NCBI RefSeq assembly: GCF_000421105.1
Contig: NZ_ATWF01000001.1
Coordinates: forward strand, 328,668 to 360,667
Length of the DNA: 32,000 nucleotides
Reading direction: 5' to 3'
Source: Limisalsivibrio acetivorans
Lineage (GTDB): Bacteria > Chrysiogenota > Deferribacteres > Deferribacterales > Geovibrionaceae
Part shown: in pieces, positions 7,640 through 13,249 of the stretch
Layout of the letters: each line of letters begins with the position of its first letter
Numbering within the stretch: the first letter of the stretch is position 1
Position numbers and translations under genes: made by a program
Notes under the pieces: model-generated
Seen by the model: only the letters and a program-made list of their open reading frames with translations
What the model was told of the DNA's origin: nothing
Database searches by the model: none

Positions 7640-8026
7640 TTCCATCCATGGAAGCCTTTGATTTATCTGGGAAATTCATCATCCTGAGAATTTCCCTGCT
7701 GCTACGCTTGGCAAAGCCTTCGCTTCGCTTACTTCCATATATTTTATGAAGCGGAGCTTAATAAAATATATTTCAGGGCTCCCATCCATGGGAGCCTTTT
7801 ATACATCAACCTCAAATTTTTTTTCTAAATGGGTTTTTAAGGGGTTCCTAAGGGGAAAGTTTTCCCTAAAAATTTCCCCTTAGTCTTAATTTTATCTATG
7901 GAGTTTACCATCCATGGAAATCCCATTGTTGTTCGGGCAGGGAAACCCTGCCCTCTCGCACTTCCGGCTGCGTCAGATCAGCAGAGCTGTTCTTCCTTTC
8001 GCCTACAGAGCCAACATCCGTGTTGG
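7640..8026. repeat. Series of inverted-repeat hairpins with covarying stems and a conserved ATCC(A/G)T centre
   Basis: Four hairpins share the conserved centre: 7640-7653 TTCCAT-CC-ATGGAA, 7777-7796 GGCTCCC-ATCCAT-GGGAGCC, 7904-7920 TTTACC-ATCCAT-GGAAA (imperfect), and 8011-8026 CCAAC-ATCCGT-GTTGG. They are interleaved with 7669-7696 GGGAAATTC-(10 nt)-GAATTTCCC, 7848-7883 CTAAGGGGAAA-(14 nt)-TTTCCCCTTAG, and 7935-7953 GGGCAGGG-AAA-CCCTGCCC. Confidence 0.75.
7777..7802 (+). terminator. Possible intrinsic terminator for plus-strand transcripts (XRE-cupin gene)
   Basis: A 7-bp GC-rich stem GGCTCCC/GGGAGCC with loop ATCCAT, followed by TTTTAT. It is the same structure as one hairpin of the array, so its role is ambiguous. 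Confidence 0.35.
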
Positions 8027-8430
8027 ACTTAATTAATCTGGGAAATTCCATAGATTTAATCGGTAGCTATAACGTTTACACTTGAGAGAAAACAACGTGA
8101 GACGTGAAGCGGTTTTTCGTTAAGCAGGTGACTAGTAGCCAATAATCTGTTTAGCTAATAACCCTCTTAATCTTCCCCGAATGTTTTACAGCCGAATAAG
8201 CTCTTTTGGAACCGCCCGGAAGTTTTGGCCGCACGTGACAGACGAGGTAATCTTAAATATTGAATACATTCATGAATGATATGCGTTTACACTCCTCAGC
8301 ATCAGCAAAACTTCAGGTGGAAAAAGAGTGAAATGAGGGCACCGCCATCACTTACGAATTTATGAATATAAATGAGTAACAATGGGGGCTGGAAAACCCT
8401 GAGGGAATAGTTTTGCATACTTTTGCGACA

Positions 8431-8486
8431 AAAGTATGGCGTGCTTTAGCACGAAACACATAAATATGTGACTTATTTCGAATATT
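8431..8486. repeat. Direct repeat copy 1 (~55 nt)
   Basis: aaagtatggcgtgctttagcacgaaacacataaatatgtgacttatttcgaatatt aligns by eye at roughly 80 percent identity with 8576-8630. Confidence 0.7.
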
Positions 8487-8497
8487 AGTATGAAAGC

Positions 8498-8538
8498 AAA
8501 AAAACGCAGGGAACTTTTTAGGGAACAAAGTTACCCGC
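8498..8538 (-). terminator. Possible intrinsic terminator on the minus strand
   Basis: The minus-strand RNA reads GCGGGUAAC-(15 nt loop)-GUUCCCUGCG followed by UUUUUUU (A-run 8498-8504 on plus). The stem has one mismatch or bulge. It lies about 210 nt downstream of the stop of the 8751-9440 gene. Confidence 0.4.
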
Positions 8539-8575
8539 ACCCCTCAAAAACCCTTATTAGGAATAAATTGCGCTT

Positions 8576-8630
8576 AAAGATATGGCGTGTTTTAGCGGAA
8601 AACATTAATCTGTGAATTATTTCGTATTCG
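8576..8630. repeat. Direct repeat copy 2 (~55 nt)
   Basis: aaagatatggcgtgttttagcggaaaacattaatctgtgaattatttcgtattcg is homologous to 8431-8486. A third partial copy of the tail (cattatcgaatatgaaatacaaaaac) lies at 8691-8716. Confidence 0.7.
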
Positions 8631-8750
8631 ACGATGTAAAGAATAAGACTAAGGGGAAGTTTTCTCTGAAGATTACCCTTCGTTAATTTTCATTATCGAA
8701 TATGAAATACAAAAACTAGCGTCTGAGTTAGATTATAAGCATAAAATATA

Positions 8751-9440
8751 TCAATCCCCTGTCTGCCGTCTGCTGTAGTCCCTCAGCACGGCTGAGAAAC
8801 GTCCTTGCTCATCAGTAACATTCTGGCGGATTGGCACAAAACCCAGCTCATCCTCTGCTATCCAGATAGCGCCCTTGTTTACCTCACTGATAAATGTGAG
8901 CATGCAGACAGTTGTGAAATCGGATCCTAGTCGGCCAGACTCGTTTTTGATATGTTTGAATGTGTAGTTTAGTAATTTAAACTCTTCGAGCTTGAATATT
9001 CTGTAGTCCTTTGCTTTGCCCGTTCCGCATAGTTCACTGCCGGGTGTACCCACACTGAGGCTGTCGTATTCATCGGGCTTGAGTGTCTTTGAACCGCCCG
9101 GATTGGACTGAACCAAGTAGTTTGCGCCCTCACGTTCTGCTGTAACAGAGCGTTCATCACCATCCAGCCTGAGGCTTCCGCTGTAGCGGAGAAGACCGTT
9201 TTCATCGAAGACGCTTTTCTCCTCAAGGAAGAAGCTGATCTCGTTGAACATATCCTTCTTTTTTACGTTTATTACTTTTTCGTGACGGACTATGCCATCT
9301 TCTCTGGAGCGCTTGAAGGTGAATGAGCCGAGATGCACATTATCTGAGTATACATCGTAGGTGGATTCGATAACAACATCCTCCTCGGCGAAAAGGGGGA
9401 GGGCGATGAACATAACGATAATAAACAGTAATCTTTTCAA
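8751..9440 (-). CDS. Hypothetical exported protein
   Basis: A 229-aa ORF with a TTG start 8 nt after GGAGG. It has an N-terminal signal peptide (MKRLLFIIVMFIALPLFAEE). I recognise no family motifs. Confidence 0.6.
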   Translation of the reverse strand: MKRLLFIIVMFIALPLFAEEDVVIESTYDVYSDNVHLGSFTFKRSREDGIVRHEKVINVKKKDMFNEISFFLEEKSVFDENGLLRYSGSLRLDGDERSVTAEREGANYLVQSNPGGSKTLKPDEYDSLSVGTPGSELCGTGKAKDYRIFKLEEFKLLNYTFKHIKNESGRLGSDFTTVCMLTFISEVNKGAIWIAEDELGFVPIRQNVTDEQGRFSAVLRDYSRRQTGD

Positions 9441-9498
9441 GGTACAAACCTCCAGATGGATTCTATAATAATGTAATTCCTTCCGGTGTATTTGAAAA

Positions 9499-9530
9499 GA
9501 AAAAAAGACCCTCCGCCATAACGAAGGGCC
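9499..9530 (-). terminator. Probable intrinsic terminator of fprA
   Basis: The minus-strand RNA reads GCCCUUC-(8 nt)-GGAGGGU followed by CUUUUUUU, starting 17 nt after the fprA stop. Confidence 0.5.
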
Positions 9531-9546
9531 TTTGGTTATTAATCTA

Positions 9547-10749
9547 TCAGTTTTCTAGAACGGCCATACCGAAATCACGTCCCCATGAGTATGCCTCCTT
9601 TAGCTCCTCTTCGGAGGGGGTCATCTTCGTTTTGAAAGCGGCCTGGGGTATCTTCATCCGCATGGTTTTCATGATATCTTCTGTCACCTTAACGCCTTCA
9701 CCGCTCCATCCATAGGAACCGAAGGCTCCGGCAAGACGGTTTACAAGGTTGAGCACAACGAAATATGCGATGAGGTTTAGGATAGGTTTGGGAGCCTTTG
9801 CATTAAGCGTAGGCGTGCCGATGAGAACACCGTGGGATATTTCAATCTCATCGATAATCTTTTCCACAGGGAGTGCCGCCGCATCAAGCATAACTGCTTT
9901 AAGGCCAGTTTCCTCAATACCGGATTTGATCTCCTCGGCAAGCTTCTTTGTGTTGCCGTAGGCCGTGGCATAAACCACTGCAACCTGCCTTTGCTCCATG
10001 TTCTTGTAGTAGCGGTTTGCCTGTTCTCTGTACCATTCGATGTACTTTGACGCATCCTCACGGATAATGGGGCCGTGGGAGGGGCATACCATATCAATCT
10101 TTATATCCTCTATCTTCTTGAGTGCTTTAAGGATATGCTCCTTATAGGGGCGCATGATCATGGAGTAGTAGAACTTGAAGGCCTCCATCGCTTCTTCCTT
10201 ATTCTTGAGCTTATCATTGAAAAGCTCTTCGCAACTGTAGTGTGCGCCGAGGAAGTCGCAGGGGAAGAGTATCTCCTCCTCCACGAGGTAGGTGAACATG
10301 GTGTCCGGCCAGTGGAGGAATGGTGTGTGGAAGAACCTGAGCGTTTTTCCGCCAAGATCAATAACGTCCTCATCACCAACAGCCCTGCCGTTGAATTCAT
10401 CATTTACGATGTTTTCGACGAAGGTTTTTGCCGTTTTGGAGTATATAACCTCTATATCAGGGTTTTTCTCTATGAGAACGGGGAGGCAACCGGAATGGTC
10501 CGGCTCGTTGTGGTTGAGGATTATATAGTCGATATCCGTAACTGGGCAGATCTCTTCGATGGCCTGAATATATTTATCTTTGAAGTCGAGCTTGTTTGCC
10601 TCGATTAGTGCCTTCTTTTCAGTGCCCACTACAAGGTAGCTGTTATAGGTGGTTCCATGCTCGGTGGGGATTACAACATCGAAAACCTCGAGCTCAGGGT
10701 CTCGTACCCCCACCCAGTAAACATCTTCCTTAATCTTAAATGACTCCAT
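9547..10749 (-). CDS. fprA: FprA-type flavodiiron protein (metallo-beta-lactamase-like plus flavodoxin domains; O2/NO reductase)
   Basis: A 400-aa ORF. It carries VYWVGVRDPELEVFD, TTYNSYLV, the diiron ligand motif LNHNEPDHSG, and a C-terminal flavodoxin-like VAVVYATAYGNTKKLAE. Confidence 0.9.
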   Translation of the reverse strand: MESFKIKEDVYWVGVRDPELEVFDVVIPTEHGTTYNSYLVVGTEKKALIEANKLDFKDKYIQAIEEICPVTDIDYIILNHNEPDHSGCLPVLIEKNPDIEVIYSKTAKTFVENIVNDEFNGRAVGDEDVIDLGGKTLRFFHTPFLHWPDTMFTYLVEEEILFPCDFLGAHYSCEELFNDKLKNKEEAMEAFKFYYSMIMRPYKEHILKALKKIEDIKIDMVCPSHGPIIREDASKYIEWYREQANRYYKNMEQRQVAVVYATAYGNTKKLAEEIKSGIEETGLKAVMLDAAALPVEKIIDEIEISHGVLIGTPTLNAKAPKPILNLIAYFVVLNLVNRLAGAFGSYGWSGEGVKVTEDIMKTMRMKIPQAAFKTKMTPSEEELKEAYSWGRDFGMAVLEN

Positions 10750-10897
10750 ATAAAGTCCTCCTGATTTCTATATTCTGAACTGTTCTTATTATCTTATCTG
10801 AACACAATAATATTTTTTATCCATATGTTCAATTTAAAAAAAGATGATTCGTGTCCGCCATTAGGTTTAATAACGTATATTCATGTATGTGGGTATT

Positions 10898-10922
10898 AAA
10901 AAAGGCCGCCTTAACAGCGGCC
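10898..10922 (-). terminator. Intrinsic terminator of the rubredoxin gene
   Basis: The minus-strand RNA reads GGCCGC-UGUUAAG-GCGGCC followed by UUUUUU, 19 nt after the rubredoxin stop. Confidence 0.7.
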
Positions 10923-10940
10923 TTGGGATTTCTTTACTGA

Positions 10941-11099
10941 TTAGTCCATCGGGTCGAAGTTGTCTTTGCCTACTCCGCACTCGGGACATACCCAGTCTTC
11001 GGGTATATCTTCGAACTTGGTACCTGGCTCAACACCGCCGTCCGGATCGCCTTTTTCGGGGTCGTAGATCCATCCGCAAACATTGCATACGTATTTCAT
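10941..11099 (-). CDS. Rubredoxin
   Basis: Hand translation gives [52 protein letters not shown] (52 aa), with the two CxxC pairs. AGGAGG lies 5 nt upstream. It is below the ORF-track length cutoff. Confidence 0.9.
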   Translation of the reverse strand: MKYVCNVCGWIYDPEKGDPDGGVEPGTKFEDIPEDWVCPECGVGKDNFDPMD

Positions 11100-11129
11100 T
11101 GCTTCCTCCTTAACTGGAATCTCTATTAA

Positions 11130-11157
11130 AATATATCCTTTAAATGCGACAAGTCAA
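11130..11157 (-). promoter_or_regulatory. Sigma-70-like promoter for the rubredoxin gene
   Basis: On the minus strand, TTGACT (rc of 11152-11157), a 16-nt spacer, then TATATT (rc of 11130-11135). The -35 overlaps the stop region of the upstream DHH gene. Confidence 0.45.
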
Positions 11158-12143
11158 ATCCTTTTAGGTTCAGTACCCGTAATGCCGATTCTTTTAAGGA
11201 GCCTCTTCTTTATTTCTGTAACCGCTTCTTCGTAGGTTCTTTTTTCGAGACTTATCTGCCCTCCGGCGGATTTCATATGTCCGCCGCCAGTTCCGAGCCC
11301 TCTCACGATACTTGTGGCTATACGCCCTACAAGGCGGCGTGAGGATTTACATCGAAGGGAGAAGAAGCAGTAGTCATCTATCCTTCCGATGACAAAGGAC
11401 CACTTAACATCCCGCATTCTGAGAACAAAGTCGCTTGTTTCCGCTATGAGATCAGCGTTGCGAACATCGCCAAGGTTACAGAATACAAGGTCGTCAAGTA
11501 TCTCAGCTTCTTCGATCGCTTTCTTCATCGTCTTGAAATAGTATTTCGGGAGTTCGGGGTTCTCGATTTTGGTGAGTTTTTTTATGGATATGTGGGGAAA
11601 TACATAGGCCATCATATCCATATCGTGCTGTGTATTGCTTCTTCCGGAACCGAAGGTGTCGGTTTTCATGCCGTAATACAGTGCTGTTGCAATATTTGCA
11701 TCGGGGATAACGTCCAGCTTCTTCATATATTCAGTGACGATGGTGCACGTGCTCCCTGTTTTCGGGCGGATGTCATATATCTTGGTGCGCTTGGTCTGGG
11801 CACGGAAGTTATGGTGATCGATGACAACGTTTGGGAAATAGCCTTTTGGGATCATGACGTTGCCGGCGGTGGGCTGGGTGTCTACGACGATGAAATAATC
11901 GTACCTGGCAAAGTTCAGCTTGGATGATGGGTGCATATCTATCTTGCACGTTTTTATGAGTTCCCTGTTTTCCGCACGCCCGATAATGCCGTGGTAGGCT
12001 ATGGTACATCGCTTCTGCAGCTTTTTGTAAAGGAGCATCTTAAGGCCGGCCGCTGCGGATATGGTATCCGGGTCGGGGTTGTTGTGCGTTAGAATCAGAA
12101 CCTTGCGGTACGGTTTGATATCTTCCAGAATCTGTTCAATCAT
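11154..12143 (-). CDS. DHH/DHHA1 family phosphoesterase (NrnA-like oligoribonuclease / pAp phosphatase)
   Basis: A 329-aa ORF with THNNPDPDTISAA (DHH motifs I/II), VVIDHHN (DHH motif) and GTGGGHMKSAGG (the DHHA1 GGGH motif). Confidence 0.85.
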   Translation of the reverse strand: MIEQILEDIKPYRKVLILTHNNPDPDTISAAAGLKMLLYKKLQKRCTIAYHGIIGRAENRELIKTCKIDMHPSSKLNFARYDYFIVVDTQPTAGNVMIPKGYFPNVVIDHHNFRAQTKRTKIYDIRPKTGSTCTIVTEYMKKLDVIPDANIATALYYGMKTDTFGSGRSNTQHDMDMMAYVFPHISIKKLTKIENPELPKYYFKTMKKAIEEAEILDDLVFCNLGDVRNADLIAETSDFVLRMRDVKWSFVIGRIDDYCFFSLRCKSSRRLVGRIATSIVRGLGTGGGHMKSAGGQISLEKRTYEEAVTEIKKRLLKRIGITGTEPKRI

Positions 12144-12154
12144 AGGTTTCCCAC

Positions 12155-13249
12155 TTATTCAATGCGGTAGGTGAAGTCGAGAAGGAACTCCCCTTCGGTA
12201 TCTTCAAGGGAGTAGTTGTGTTTCTCTTGTAGATCCCTGATGTTCTTTATGAACTGGGGTCTGTCGAAAAAGCTTTTCACCTCAAAGGAGACCTCATCTA
12301 TGGAGAATGTGTGAATCTTATAGTCCGAGATGATCTCCCTCCGCTTGAGGAAATCCATGAAGGTCTTAACCCGTATGAATTTCCCGAAGTTTACAGCCCT
12401 GATTTCATAGTTGCTGTCCGTTGTTTTAACACCGGGAGCCTTGATTAGCTCCCTTCTAACATAATCCAGTGTTTTCCCTGCCGAGGAGCGGAACGCCTCG
12501 TTGGCGCAGGAGATTCTGCTTTCATTAACGGCCTTGCTGACGACCTTTATGGTGTTGAACTCTTTTTTTCTTGAGTAGGGCTTTGTGAAAAGCTCTACCG
12601 TACAGTACACAAGATCTCCGGTTTCTTCAAAGGAAGTGTTAACGCTGAGCATAAAAAGATACTGGGCGAGGGATGCGGAGTAGGCGGCTATAACGTCTGC
12701 GGGGCTTGGTACATCGGGCAGCCCTGAAAGGAAGTCGTCGTTATACTTCGTGGTGAAGCGTCTCTGCTCGAAGAGCTCTTTCGCTGTAGAGAGGAGCCTC
12801 TCCTTCATCTCTTCGTTCTCGGGTAGGCCGGTTATCTCAAATACGGCGCTGTTGGTGGCCTCACGTATGTAGTAGTTGATATTGTTTATGGCGATATCGT
12901 CGATATCCGCCATGATCCGGTAGGTCACCTCTGTTTCTTCCGCCTTTCGCTCAAGGATCCTGTAGCTTGTTATGAAGCGGTAGAACTCTTCGGTTATCTC
13001 CGGGATATTCTCACCCGCAGGCCTGTTTGATGAGTTGAAGAATCGGTTGAGTGTATTTTTAAGGGCTTTGTTGAAAGCCTCATCCTCTGCTTTTTTAACG
13101 TTGCCGTCTTCGATAACGGCGATGCCCGTCCCCTCTATCTCTACCGCAAGGGCAGTGGAAACGCTCATCAGCAGAAAGAGGAGCATAATAGCTGTCCAGT
13201 TTTTCATCCGGCTATCTTTAACCTTATTAGTCCAAGTTGTCAACTTCAT
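12155..13249 (-). CDS. Hypothetical exported protein, translationally coupled to lptD
   Basis: A 364-aa ORF. ATG 13249 lies 5 nt after GGAG and overlaps the lptD stop by 23 nt. It has a signal peptide (WTAIMLLFLLMSVSTALA-VE) and no lipobox Cys. I recognise no family motif. Confidence 0.6.
   Translation of the reverse strand: MKLTTWTNKVKDSRMKNWTAIMLLFLLMSVSTALAVEIEGTGIAVIEDGNVKKAEDEAFNKALKNTLNRFFNSSNRPAGENIPEITEEFYRFITSYRILERKAEETEVTYRIMADIDDIAINNINYYIREATNSAVFEITGLPENEEMKERLLSTAKELFEQRRFTTKYNDDFLSGLPDVPSPADVIAAYSASLAQYLFMLSVNTSFEETGDLVYCTVELFTKPYSRKKEFNTIKVVSKAVNESRISCANEAFRSSAGKTLDYVRRELIKAPGVKTTDSNYEIRAVNFGKFIRVKTFMDFLKRREIISDYKIHTFSIDEVSFEVKSFFDRPQFIKNIRDLQEKHNYSLEDTEGEFLLDFTYRIE

Noticed and set aside
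7625-8032. Three tandem small plus-strand ORFs: 7625-7687 (20 aa), 7746-7883 (45 aa) and 7898-8032 (44 aa). Each runs through one CCATCCATGG hairpin.
   Set aside because: None has a Shine-Dalgarno sequence. The peptides share no similarity with each other despite the nucleotide repeats. The conserved feature is the inverted repeat, not a reading frame.
8437-8451. Sigma-54-like element TGGCGTGCTTTAGCA, and its repeat copy TGGCGTGTTTTAGCG at 8583-8597.
   Set aside because: The GG-to-GC spacing is 9 nt rather than the canonical 10. The -12 element is TAGC rather than TTGC, and the -24 element is TGGCGT rather than TGGCAC. The first copy is better explained as the CGTGC-TTTA-GCACG palindrome.
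8255-8480. Possible dif/XerCD recombination site, considered because the island lies between convergent genes.
   Set aside because: I looked for a CATAA-N6-TTATG core with a TTATGTTAAAT-like XerD arm. I found only partial resemblances (TTATGTGTTTC on the minus strand around 8457-8470, and TTATGAATATA near 8360) and no matching XerC arm.
8352-8540. A 62-aa ORF on the minus strand, the only track ORF inside the non-coding island.
   Set aside because: It has no SD. The peptide is low-complexity and Phe/Lys-rich. It spans repeat and palindrome sequence and the putative terminator, so it looks like a chance frame.
7624-8750. Possible CRISPR array, integron attC/cassette array or MITE.
   Set aside because: The repeats are neither identical nor regularly spaced, and they are mostly palindromic hairpins of differing sequence, so this is not a CRISPR array. 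No cas, integrase or transposase gene lies nearby. The unit spacing of about 110-140 nt is too short for integron cassettes, and I see no GTTRRRY-type core sites. A REP/MITE-like origin cannot be excluded and is kept as the alternative hypothesis in the findings.
7624-8750. Known housekeeping RNAs (tmRNA, RNase P RNA, SRP RNA, tRNA) hidden in the island.
   Set aside because: I looked by eye for hallmark strings: the RNase P GAGGAAAGUCC, tRNA-like GGUUCGAAUCC T-arms, and the SRP GGAAGCAGCC-type domain. I found none. 6S RNA or novel families cannot be excluded without a covariance-model scan.
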